The translations under genes were made by a program, and so were the position numbers. The notes under the pieces are model-generated. The model searched no databases and was not told the origin of the DNA. It was given only the letters and a program-made list of their open reading frames with translations. From Eutreptiella sp. 'Long Island Sound 2002' (Eukaryota; Protista; Euglenida): a stretch of DNA of 64,000 bases. The stretch lies in the NCBI GenBank assembly GCA_964036045.1, contig OZ038379.1, positions 23,188,001 to 23,252,000 on the forward strand. The letters are read 5' to 3'. Below are positions 1 through 12,100 of this stretch, piece by piece. Numbering within the stretch: the first letter of the stretch is position 1; each line of letters starts with the position of its first letter.

Positions 1-865
1 TGGATTGTATCATCAATGTTTCTGTGCTTATAGTCCGTGTTTGACAGCCTTGAGGGTCTGCTGGTAGGTGGATGGTGGTTTTTGGGTGGTTGGTTTTTTT
101 TTTTGAATGATTTCCCACCAACTGGGTGTGGACTTGGATGACAAAACCAACCCCCCAAATGTGGTCCAAGTAGGCCCCACTGAAGTATGAGCGGAATAAT
201 TCTGATTTACCTTCTCAAAATGGGCAGGCTTTTCCTACAATAGTGCCACTTCTATCACACGAGACTGGAGGGACCCATATGGTCTGAAACTGTTTTTGAA
301 AAAAAATGGTTTTGTTGGGTTCACAAGGAGGAGCCCCCCCCCCCCCCCCAATCTTAGACCCCCTGCTCAAAGACATCACTGCCCCCCTCTCCCCGAGATT
401 ATCTACCCACCTATCCCTGAGTGGATTTCCTCCTGAAAAGGTGAACATGTACATACACCCGGAAGTACCAAACGGCATACTCATTCGGCTTTTATGGGGC
501 ACACACACACCTGGTGTAACCCCCCAAAGTAGCACCCCCCCCCCACCCGCCCCAGACGAGCCCTCTCTCCCCCAACGAGCATCTGGGCCACTTCTACTTT
601 TTTTTGGGGGGGGGGGCATGTGCACGCGAGGGCTCAGCACAGTTAGCAATGGTGTGTTTGGGGGACCAGGTGGGACCCTTCCCATGCCATGCTTCTTAAA
701 GGGGTGGAGGGGCTTACAGAGGGGGGCGCTTTGCCATGGCATGGGAGGGCCCGCCCCCCAGAAATGTGAAGTGGTGCTGGCCCTGTTGGTGGCGGGCACC
801 ACCAGTTTGGGCGAAGTGCGCCCCTCCTCGCCCCCACCTCCCACGGACTCTGATGTTCGGTGCAG

Positions 866-1195
866 GTCAAACTGAAGCAGGGGTTTGCCGTACGGCGTGC
901 GGGCCCCCGGATGGACGAGCTCAAAAGCTGGATGCATTTCGACTCCGCCGCTGCCGTCCACTTGGACCCGGTTCTGGGGATGGCGGACCGAACTGGCCTC
1001 GTGTCGTTCGTGTTCGCGAACGAGCGGGACGCAGAGCGCGTGGCCGGGGCCGGGGTGCAGGAGGAGAAGCAGTTCACGCGGGACGCCAACGCGATCCATG
1101 TGGCGGCCGAGGCCCACGAGGACGACGCCGTTGTGGTCTCCGAGAGCGATGAGAGCGACGGCAGCGACAAGGACGAGGACGAGGACGAGGATTGA
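866..1195 (+). CDS. Terminal exon of a gene starting upstream of the window; unknown protein with acidic C-terminal tail
   Basis: tgcag|GTC acceptor at 864-865; open GC3-rich frame VKLKQGFAVRRAGPRMDELKSW...SDKDEDEDED to TGA at 1193-1195; the sequence upstream is poly-C/G-rich and intron-like. Confidence 0.75.
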   Translation, partial: VKLKQGFAVRRAGPRMDELKSWMHFDSAAAVHLDPVLGMADRTGLVSFVFANERDAERVAGAGVQEEKQFTRDANAIHVAAEAHEDDAVVVSESDESDGSDKDEDEDED

Positions 1196-2141
1196 GGAAG
1201 GCCCCTGAGGCCGTCGTCGACGAAGTCGGTGGATGAAGAGGGACGAGGGGACGGTGGCGGGGCTGCATGGCCTGAAAGCCGCGCGGCTGAGCAGTAGAGC
1301 CGTGTGGCGTTTGGTCACGGAGTGCCCGTGGGCTCGTGCAAGCGCCTTGCGGTCCAGACCGTACGTGTGATGGGGATGGACGCAGAAGTGGACCGATGGG
1401 CAGAGGGGCCGACCATCCTCCTCAGATCATGCGGTGCATGGCCTTGTGCCTCGATCGTTTGTAAGCAGGACTTTGTCGTCCCACCCCCTGTCCCACCACC
1501 TCCGCGAGCACGGCCTTGCCCAAGCACCGGTTTGACCGCTGTTCCCTGGACCCGACGGTGCGCGGCGGGTGTGCGTTCCGCTGCACGTCGCGTGCGACCA
1601 CCGCAGTGCATAGGGCCGTCCGATGGCGTCCCCTGACCCGGCCTGTGCTCGGGCATGGGGAGGGCGGTCGCATCGACTCGCGTTGCCTCGAAGCGGCACT
1701 TGTTTTCCCACACTGCCCCCACTGCCCCTTCACCGCACAGCCACGGAGACGACGGGGGGTGCGCACGGGATGCAGCCAAAGGCCGGGTGAAGGCCACGAC
1801 CTCGTGCCCGGCGCTCGACAGACTCCGACTTGAGGCAAATGATGTCATTTCTCAATCATTTTGTCCCGGACCCCCGACGCCTCGCGCCCATCCTCCTCAT
1901 GCCCAACCCCCTCTTCGCTGATTCCTGGGACATCCCTTCCACTTGGGCTGTCAATGTGGTCCGTGACGCCCCCTCACCAGATCACCCCCCAGGACCCCCT
2001 CTCTTTTTCCTCTTCGTTCCTCAAGGGTCTCTGGTCGCCGACGTCGCAGGGCAGATGTGGCAGGGATGAGCGGCGTGCGCACTGGTTTGGGTGTCCGGGA
2101 GGGGGGAGGACCGCAACAGGTATCAGTACAGCCAACTGACG

Positions 2142-3175
2142 ATGGTTGACCCCCAGAGGGTTGTGGCTCCGCCGCCCGGACAACCGGCGGCAGTTCACTG
2201 CCACGGCACGTCAGTTGATCATTATCCGCTGGTGGTCTGTACTTTCATTGAACCACTGACCGCCGGCAGGTACCACTCGCTGTCGGCTGCGCAGCGCGCG
2301 AACACAGAGGAGTGACAGAGTTCCTACGGCATGCGGCCCTGCCCCCAAACCTCCGTCACACAAAGGGCTGTGTCGCCACAGGCCATGTAAATCTGCGTGG
2401 TGGTCGGCCCCAGAGGCGCCGAAGCAAGACTTCTTTGAGGTCTTATTGACACGGGAGGACATCGCAGAGCTCTTCCCGGTGAGTCGCCGGGGTCCCTGTT
2501 GTTGCTGGGAGCTGGAGGGGCAGAAGAGAGACGACCAGAGAGATACGACTGGATGGTCTGCCAAATTTACGTCTCCGCGGTTTCAGGCTGAACCTCCCAG
2601 GCCCTGTCTGGGCAAGTACCGAGGCCAGGGCATTGGATGCCCCTCCACCCCCCGCAAGAGTCCCGCTGAACAACTCAGCGCCACCGCTCCAAGCGGCAAA
2701 TTTTTCACCCTTTGGCACAAAAGGTCGACCAGAAGATGTCGCCCTGGAGTCAGAGGAGAGGGACAAGGCGCAAGTTGCCCTGCAGTGGCGGTGAAGCAGG
2801 CAAGCGAGGGATTAGAAATGTGAGGGCACAGCCAAGAAGGGTAGAGGGGCCAGTAGGAGGAGGTTGGGGGCAGGGGGGCACGTTGCAAGAGGCGCGGGAG
2901 CCATGAGCACAAGCAACCAGATGCATCCAACATTGTCTGGTAATGAGACCGGCTGCCGTGTGGCGCTGTGACCAGGAAAGGGGAGGAGGGGGCAGAACCC
3001 CCCCACTCACCCTCCCCTTGGACCACCCCCCCGCCCCTCCGCAAGTGGAGCCCGCCCCCTGCAAGTTCTTGGGCAAACCGTACAAAAGACACATCGCAGG
3101 CTTAACCCAGTATTCAATCGCCTCATGTCTCGGGACCAGAACCGCCAGGTGCACGGCTTTGTCAGGCAACAGTGA
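2142..3175 (+). CDS. Tentative small multi-exon gene (exons 2142-2269, 2382-2478, 2587-2723, 3046-3175), product unknown
   Basis: Consecutive GT-AG introns (2270-2381, 2479-2586, 2724-3045) give matching phases 2, 0, 2 and a continuous frame MVDPQRVV...APKQDFFEVLLTREDIAELFP|AEPPRP...; perfect GTGAGT donor at 2479. No recognisable domain; the last acceptor (AAG) is weak. Confidence 0.35.
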
Positions 3176-4349
3176 AGACCTCTCTGGTGGCACCGCTTGC
3201 ATGCGTTATCTGACCGTTTCCATACTGCCCCTTCTGCCTCTCATGACTGCCCCACATCCCTCAACTTGTTTTGACACAAACCCAGTCTCGGGGGATGTGC
3301 CTCTGGGACTTGCTGCACCGTCACATGGGCACCACGAAGTTGCATTCCTGGGGCGGATTGGAAGGGCCGTATGAGCTGAGAGCATGGACATTCCACCAGC
3401 CAGACAGAAGGAGAGAAGGTCAGGTGCACAGTGCAACCCCACCCCCCTCCACCGGGGTGCTGGACATGACCAAGGGCACGTCGCGCATTCATCTCATTCT
3501 GATAAGAAAAATGCGATGGTTTGAGCTTGTGCTGGTACCTCCTCCTCTTTGTCCAAACATCGCGGGGTGCCGGTTTCCACAACTGTTGGAACCTTGAAAT
3601 GAAAGGCTGCTTTTCCCGGTTCTGGGGTTTGTCATAGCGCTTGGTTTTGTTTTGCATGTTTCGCAGGTTGCAGATGCTGTTTGCTGCGTGTATCCGTGCT
3701 GCAGCACAACAATGTTGTGTTGTCTTTGGGAACCTCGGCAAGATGATGAAAGAGTGGAAACTGTGCATAAACCGCGGTGTCCAAACGGCATGGGGTTTTT
3801 TTCGGTGTTGGTCCATTGCTGCGGTTTAGACCAGCAAAGGGGGCGAATGTGAGACCAGGGCGTTCGTCCACCTGCGCCATTTCCCCCTCTCCCAAAGGCT
3901 CCCCCACCCCCTTTTCACCTGGCACATTTTACCGCCCCCAGGCCTCTTTTTTTCAAGCCAAATCCTGTCAACATGTGCCCAATGCCATCATCAGGAGTCT
4001 CCATGTGGTACCACAGCCTGGCGTTACCTCTTCAGCATCAGCCATAGAAGCATGTGGCTGTAACTCTCTGGAGGAAGCCTCTCACGTGTGTTTCTCAACA
4101 CGCCCAGACGCTGAATCTGAGATGTTGTATGATTTTACCCTGCGTTCCGTGCCTCAAGCCCCTCTCCGAGACCTTTACCTTGACCCTGATGTGCCCCAAT
4201 GCTGACCGTGCGGTGAGACGCCCACTGCTTTCTTTTACCTTTCAAGGCCCCCTTTCAGGCCCTGAGTCACCTCACGCGGGTCCACGTACGCATCACCGTT
4301 CCAAGCACGCCACCTCCGACCCGTTATTGTGCTTGGTCTTTATGCCTAG

Positions 4350-4800
4350 GGGGCGCCTTAAGCGCAGTGCGCGCGCAATGCAACTATTTGGGCGTCTGGC
4401 CGTACTGGAGACCCATACTTTGAGATTCTAGGGGCCCCTAGGGGCATCATGGTGCCCCCTAGCGGAGGTTTTGACTTCTGATTTTGTCCCCCTTTGTTTG
4501 GGGATCCCCGAGAATGCAGGGGTGATGTAGCATTTCCGCCCTCTTTTGGGCCCCAACCTTCCGGTGCTATTGAGGAAACCGGGACAATATTTTGTGACAC
4601 ATTACGTGGATAGCATGTAACCACAACAATTGGGTGCATACATGGCTCTTTGATGCTTGGGCCTTGGGGTCAGACACTTCTAGGAAATCTGGACTTAGTG
4701 TTGTAATGTGGTCTTCTTTTGGGTGCGAGATTTGTGGGCATTTGGAAGGAGGGCATTCCAAAAGTAGCACACAACGCAAGGGCTCCCTCTCATATTTGCT
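4350..4800. mobile_element. Copy of a dispersed repeat family (related segments at about 34670-35400 and 36320-36560)
   Basis: Shared strings: gtgcaactatttgggc(g/t)t(c/t)tggccgtact (about 4378 and 34705), gcaggggtgatgtagc (about 4516 and 36326), ccttccggtgctattg (about 4557 and 36544), tccaaaagtagc (about 4757 and 35360). Confidence 0.55.
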
Positions 4801-5996
4801 TTGTGACTATTTGGTAAACAAGTAGATCTTGTTGCACCAAAAAGCCGTGCCTGCTTGGTGGCACGGGGGAGGGGCCCCATGACCGCCTCTTAGGTGGCCC
4901 ACTGGACTCCCAACAAACGCTGTGAAATTGTCCCCACGCTAATGATGACTCGGGATGCTTATGCCCTGGATTTGTAAATGCGTAAAGTCTCTTTAGCAAA
5001 AGGGCTACCACTTTGTAAAAGCGCAAAAAATGTTGAAGACTAGTTAAAGCTATAAAAAATCTCCATTTTTGTGGTGTGCGCGTGCTCTTTTGGCATTGCA
5101 CAGGGTGTTGCCACATTGCCAACCTAGCCTTTTGGCTGTCTAAATATGAAAAAGGCTACGAGCCACGTAAACATTTTTTGAAGCTTTGTAATGCTTGCAG
5201 TGCGCTTTTTTTTCCACGGCTGCATGAATGAGCAATTTGCACCAATTATCGTCGGTTTTGGCAATTTGGCTGCAAGATGCCGACATTTTTTGCTTCATAA
5301 TTGCGTTCAGTGTCAAAAACTACCTAGATTTGGCATGACTTGTCAAAATCTGACCTGGTAGGCCCAAGTTGTGAAAATTTTCAATTTTTATGCAGTTGGC
5401 CATCTTGGCCTGTTTCGCATGCCGTTTGTGGCTCAACCCCAGCTCCACCAATGAGCCAGGACACTTCCCCGCTCAAATAGTGTCCAAAAGATGTGAAAAA
5501 CATCATGGTCCCCCCCCCCTCCCTTTCACATGTAGCGGGCCACAATACTAAAACGTGGTACTCAAGTTGGTTCCACACTATCATTTGTACAGCTTTGCCG
5601 GGTGCTATATCCTAGCCCAGGAACCAAACGTTTGTGTGCCCTAGTCCCGTATGGGGCCTACACAAAGTTTCCAAGCAATTTTACATGGGTATGATGTTTT
5701 AGGCTATATTTTTTGGGGAATGTCACGACCCCAGCCTATCACAATCTTGGGTATCCCCATTGGTGTTCCGGTTGCATCCCCAGCCTTCCATACAAGTTCA
5801 CCCAAGGATATTTGGTTAGTTTGCACCTAGAGGGATGGGAAAGGCTAACCATGCTTCAGTCCTATTGGGCCCTAGCTTTACACGGGGGGGGGGGGGTATT
5901 TTGGTTAAAATTGGCAGTTTTGGTTCCGTAGGTCCAAGTGTCGGGGGTTGTTCTACGACCTATCGTGGAGTCAGAAGGTGAGGCTAGGCTTGTTTG

Positions 5997-6104
5997 AAAG
6001 CCGATGACAGCCACTAACAGGCCATTTTGCACTTGTCACAGGCTGTTTCAAAGCCGATGACAGCCACTAACGGGACATTTTGCACTTGTCACAGGCTGTT
6101 CCAA
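5997..6104. repeat. 53-bp tandem duplication (2 copies)
   Basis: aaagccgatgacagccactaacRggMcattttgcacttgtcacaggctgttYc starts at 5997 and 6050, with about 3 mismatches. Confidence 0.95.
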
Positions 6105-7113
6105 ACTCATTTCTTGCAAAAACCAGGTTTTCCAAGGCTATTTTTGGGCCAAATCAGAGCTGAGTTTTTGGCCATCTACGTAGTAGTAGGGTGCGAAGCC
6201 CAAGTTTCACCACATGTTCAACCAAGTATATCTGAGTCATTTGGACCGGGAGGCATGAAAGCCAGCCTGATTTGGCCACATGGGGTGATATTATGAACCA
6301 GTTCTACGGTAAGGGGGTTTGCCATGTGGGCCAAAATTGGTGTTTTTTGCGTTCGTGGCCCCTAGTATCAGGGTGGTGTTTGCGGTGTTTGGACATAGTT
6401 GAGATAGAATCCCAACTTAGGCTCGTTTTGAAGGTGGCCTCACCCTGTTTAAGAGCATGTTAACCTTTTTCCACGGGGGTTGAGTGATGCCATCAAACAT
6501 GTCACTTTGACAGTCTTTTACAGCTAAAGTTTTTCAAGTTCTTGGCTGTTTTCAATATTTTTGCGTTACTTTTGGATACAAGGAGCGATGTTACACAGGC
6601 AAGAAGGCAATTACTGTGAACCTTACCACCATCCGTCAGTGTTGCTTGACACAACCCACTTCAAGACCCACAAAAAGGCAGAAGTGTGATGGATCCGCAC
6701 CTTACCACCCAGCTAACAGTGTCCCAACAAGAAATGTGCTACAACATGTGCTCGCATGCCCATGCGGTGCTAGCAACCCTTGAAATGACACGTCACCGGA
6801 CAACATTCTTCAATGCAAAGTAGTTTTCCCACACTCCAAGCTACTAATAGATACGGTGGGGATTGCTTGTGGACATGGTGCGGCCAAAAGGTATTGAAAT
6901 AGTGTTGCAACCTTGTCCGCTTTGGACTGCCAATAATTGTCCACATTGGGAACCTGATTTCACGACATGGCCTAGCATGGGAATCTAGCATCTGAATTGC
7001 ACCATGCAATTGCCCACACCAATGTACAACACTAGCTTCTTGCAACACTTCCCAAGACTAGTGTCCACACAACACAGAACAATTGGTATTTGGCAAAGTG
7101 GTACTGTTAATGC

Positions 7114-7350
7114 AAAATGGTATCCAAAGCATCGTTGTTATTGAAATGCTGCCTCCGAAGCGGCATTTGCAATGCAAAATGGCATCCAAGCCGTCACTGT
7201 TATTGAAATCTTGCATCCAAAACGGTACTGTTCATGAGCAATGGCATCCAGAGTCGCACTGCTATTGAAATCCTGCATCCAGAGCGGCACTGTCAATAAA
7301 GAAATGGTATCCACAGTGGCGCACTGGTAACGGCATTGAAATTCAGCATA
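7114..7350. repeat. Degenerate minisatellite, about 62-bp unit x4
   Basis: aatggYatcc recurs at 7116, 7178, 7240 and 7303, each followed by a related ...ttgaaat... segment. Confidence 0.8.
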
Positions 7351-7762
7351 TCCCTAGGGGAGAGAGCACCGCACCTACCAAGAAGAAAATGATACAAAAA
7401 GCACCGGCAAAATGACCGAAAAATAACTGGGGGAGAAAAAGAAAACAGGAAAGTAACAATGCAGTCCAGAACCCAACAGGGGCCACCAAGGTGCATTCTT
7501 GTCAGAGGCTCTAAAGTAAGATTTTTCGCCAGGGTTTTATTCCAAAGCCCTGCGTGGTGTGTGCACGGTGCTCTGCCCCCTCAAAACCTCCCAACCAGCG
7601 GCAATGCATGCTTCAACTGTGTAGCGCACCATTGCATTGCATTACAAAGGTCGAGCTGAAGCAAAGTTGGCAACACACCTCCTCAACAGCGGTCCAACCG
7701 GGGCAAATGTTGTGCACATGAAAGATCGTTTGGCGAGCACTGTAACATACTCGCACTGACCC

Positions 7763-9194
7763 ATGTCCATCTCTGTTGAAAGTCTGCGCACGCAGCTGGA
7801 GGAGCGCCAGCTCTCTGAAATCGTGAGTGGGAACCCTGAGCTCTTGCAGTGCATTCGGGAGACCCATTCCGAGTTCCAGGCCGCAGCGGACGCAGTCCCT
7901 CTCGAGAAACTGCTGCCGGACCTCGCCACACCTCGCCGCAGAGAAGTTTCCACAGCGAAGAGCTCCCACTCCTCCCAGCGAGCACAGCGGCTCGGCCTCG
8001 GCTGCCGCGGCAGCGCCGGCCCCCTTCGGCTGCGGTAAAGACGGAGCTTGGGGCTCTGCATGTGCTCCGCTCGCTGCGGCTGTTGAGCGCACCAAGGCCC
8101 GAATCCTCGCGGACGTGCAGGATGGCACATCGGAAAGCATGGAGCGAGCTGTGGCAGCCGCGCTGGGCCTCGTGGCCGTGGGTCGCCTCTACAAGCACGT
8201 GGAGCCGCGCCATCAGTTCAAACAGCTCACTCTCCCTGGCCACCAGGGCCTTGTTCAGTTCGCCGTGCAGGACTTGCTTCGGGCCGCCGCACGCGCTCGG
8301 AGCGGGCCCCTCGCAGATGCAGCGTGCAAGCTCCTTGTCGGCTCCAGCTCCGACCGCCTGTGCGACCACGAGGTGACGGCATTCTTTGACGTCCGCAAGT
8401 GCCGCGGCCTCGACGATGGGTGGGCGGCCCCGCCCGAGGACGCGGACATGTACGGCATCGGCTGGGCCCTCCTCGCCAATCCGGGCGAGACGACCGGGGC
8501 GCTCAGTGGGCTGCGAGTGCTGGTCATGCTGACGGCTGCAGAGCGATGGCTGGTGGCGCAGGTGGCGCTGGCTCTGGCGGGCCGGGCGGTGTGCGGAGCC
8601 GGCGATGGCTCCCACGTTGGCCAACCCGCCGCCAGCCCACTGCGAGACGGTCTCACACGGTGTCTCTCGGACCCCCAGACCGGCGAGCTGCAGGGCGTGC
8701 TGGCAGCCGTCGCAGTCGTCGGCATGTTGCAGCGCTGCGAGCACCCCGGCGTGCTGCTCCGCTCCGGGCTGGGCGCGGCGCTGGTGAAGGGCTGGCGGGA
8801 CAGCACCCGTCCTCTGACCTCGGCGCTGTGTGCGTATGCGCTCGCCGATCTGAGCCAAGAGTCTCGCCAAGCGCACTCGGCTCCGTGGCGGTGGGTGAAG
8901 ACGGAGGAGGAAATCGACCGTGAGGTACCCCGTGGGTTTGAAGATGACCCTGAGAAGCTGGAGATATATCGTGCGCAGCAGAAAGTTCAGCGGAAATCGG
9001 GGCTGCTCATGAAGGAGGAGTACGAGGCGGGGGTCGCCATGTTCTGCGCAGAGCTCGAGGCGGCAGGCGTCACCGGGTCCGATGCCATTCACCCTGCACG
9101 CGTCCTGATAGGCTCGTTGGTACTGACGTCGGCGGGTGGTACCAGAACTCCTTCACTAACGCGCTGGGGGCAAACCGACGCGAGTTCCGGGTAA
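7763..9194 (+). CDS. Alpha-helical (ARM/HEAT-like) protein of about 430-475 aa, with a frame break near 7930-7990
   Basis: Two overlapping coding-like ORFs: 7763-8038 (MSISVESLRTQLEERQLSEI...) and 7827-9194 (Ala/Leu-rich helices, e.g. ELQGVLAAVAVVGMLQ...LTSALCAYALADL). Joining them needs a +1 shift or an intron. The fold call comes from the sequence pattern only. Confidence 0.6.
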
Positions 9195-12100
9195 CTGACG
9201 GCGTTTGTGGAGTGACCAATGGCGGTTGGCGATTCCTTGATGGCGGTTGGTGGGTAGCTGACGTAGTCAGCAGTTGTTATTGGTGCCCTTGCTCCACCTT
9301 GGGTCCACAGCCGTCTCCGAAACTTCATCTCTGGGTATTCGGTAGGAGATACGCCTGGCAGGCGTGAAGGCGATGGTTATGGGTCCCATTTTGTGTGATA
9401 CACACGGACTTCATGCCGCAGTACGCCTGCACACAGACTTCCTTTGCGGATTGCTCTGGCGTCAGAACACCTCAAAAAGGGAGGGCGCTTCCAGAAGCCC
9501 CCCCCCCCCAGTGACTGCAGTAGCAAAAGGCCCCGGATCTGGACTGCCAGAATGGACACGCCCGTAGACTTAGTTGATTCCGACACCATGACTCAGAAGG
9601 TGCACCATGACAAAAGGTGTGCTGACGACTGAGCGACGAAGAAATCTGAAGGGCCCTGTGGTGATAGTAACAGGCCGTAAAGAGGGCATGGGGGGGGGGT
9701 GAGGTCTACAAACAAGGTCATGATTTCGATGCTCATGCGTTGCCGTCCGCAGCAGCACGAGGCCGGTCAGGCGTTCGTGCACGACTCCGGCCGACGGCAG
9801 CGGTCCCTCCACACGCTTTGCTGGCGTCGCTTGACAGCGTTGGGCCTAGACCCTCGCGCCGATGAAGGTCAAAGGTCATGAAACCACTGAGGCGCGGTAC
9901 GGGGGTAGGTTGCCAATCCCGGGGGCCATGGAGGAGCAGGCGCAGCCTAGATCCAGCCGATCGGAGTGAGCAGGCTCACAGAAATGTGGAGGCCCGGAGG
10001 GGGGGGGGGGGGGCAAAGAAGGGGTGAAGAGTGTAGATAGTGTCGGAGGGGGTGCATCGGGCAGTGGGTGCTGAGGGAGAAGCAGCAGGCGGTCGCAGAT
10101 GAGCCAATGCTGGGCCTGTGGGAGCCTGTGAGAGAGGGCGTAGGGGGCGGATGGGAGTCGGAGGGTGCGACAGAGGACGTCGGGGCGGGGCACGGATGTC
10201 GTGCAGGGGGAGGGGGGATGGAGGGCGTTGCGGGGGGATGCCACAGTGGAAGTGGTGCCAAGGCAAGAGTGTGACACCGCATCAACGGGGGCGTCCGGGG
10301 CGGGGGGTCCAGGAGACCCCAACACACTCACTTCAAAAATGATCATTGTGTCGCGCTGACTATTTTGAGTACATGCAGAGTGAAAATTTTTGTCAAAGTT
10401 CGTATCCGGCGCCTTTGCGGCCCTGTTTCATTGTTCTCTGGTGAGATGTATGGATCCATTGGGGCGAGGGGGCAAAGCTCAAGTGTTCTTATCGACCACC
10501 CACGGCCCGCGGCCCCATTTGCCCTGCAAAAGTCCGACTCAAGAGATAGACAGAGCAGCGCGAAGCTGCCGCCTTGTGAAGTCATACAGTGCACCCCCGG
10601 AGAATGGCACACGGTACACAGCACTTACCTCCAACGACATTTCTAACCGACAGCAACCGCCCCCCCACCGTTTTGCCCCTTCCCCCGCCCCATAGCGCCT
10701 TCCTAACCCCTCCTGAGACCTCGCTCTGTGCCCCCTCCCCTTTTAATGCATCCCTGCCCCATCCCCTCTGGACCCCGCAAGCTACGTCGCCACAGTGGCT
10801 GTTCTGCTTCTGACGGGTGTGCCCCGGGCAAGCAAGGCCTCAGGAAGGTTGACCACGCCTCCACCACGCGACTACCCGTAAAGATCGCCGTCGCTATGAT
10901 CTTTCCGCACCTTCTCTTTCTCCTTCTTCCTTGTCTTCTTGTTCAGCCCCTTCTCCTTCTCCTCCTCCTTCTGGTCTTGAACAAATCACTTCGTGTTTCT
11001 TTTTTGTCAGGCCTCGATCGTCAAAGAATCTTCAAGGCTGAGCTTGAGGCCAACGAGCCGGGGCTCTACAATGAGATGGCGTAGCTGCGCCAGTTCATCC
11101 CACTCCTCGCCGCTCCCATTCACTTCACCTCCATCACAGTCTCCAGCCTTCTACTTCCAGACATGCTGCCAGTAGAAATGCAACGGCTTTGAATCTCTGA
11201 GAACCTGCATCTCGCCGTTGTACACACGGTGGCTGTCGGAACCACGGAGGGCGCCCAGCTGTAGCCTTTGATCCCCTCACCCGCCTCAAAAGGGCCATAA
11301 TGTTTAGAAGGTCCGGATCACATTTGGTCCAATTTGACGCCAACGGCGCTGGAAGTACTTTTTTTAGCATATGGTGCGGGCTAAAATTTCGATTTTGCCC
11401 CGTGTGTGTGTCCTCAAAATGCTCAGAATTTCATGGGGAATCCAAAAATGTATGCAACAGTTGAACAATTTTCCTGGCCCCTGACATCCCCCATCCAGCC
11501 CCCAAACCTGGCTGCTGGGACCCGACCCCACATATGTGCGTTCAAAATGATCAGTGCGACAAGGGGATCATTTTGAGGTATGTATGTTGGTACCCGGGAC
11601 CCCAGCCCGGCTCCCCCCCCTCCCCTTTCAGGGGGCCAAAATGCTTAAGGGGTGTCGGGTCAAGGGCTGCACCTGGGCGCCCCCCATGCTCGCAATGTAC
11701 AGTCGTGGAACGGGATGCTGCCTGGTGACATGGCATGGCTGTGCATTAACGCTGCTCACCACGCACGCTTGAGTAAACCCCCCCCCCAAATTTAGCCCAA
11801 CCTAAGAACCACCCCAAAGATAAGAACCCCCTGGGGGTTTCCATGGAGCGTGCCAAAGATAGGAACCAGCTTGGTCTCTCACAAGCGATTTAGGCCAAAG
11901 CTGGGGAACATTGCAATTGCCAGGATCTTCTTTTTGTGCCCCAATTACTTAGCTTGGCGCTTTGCAGCTGGCAGGTTGTAGACAGGATCATCCAAAGGTT
12001 CAGCCAACCGCTCAATCACCTCCATATCTGAGTCCTCAAATATATTCGAGTCATCCGCATCAACAGAGTCTCACTCAAACTGTGGGTGCACGACTCAAAA

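Noticed and set aside
7683-9092. 469-aa minus-strand ORF
   Set aside because: Antisense shadow of the 7827-9194 coding frame.
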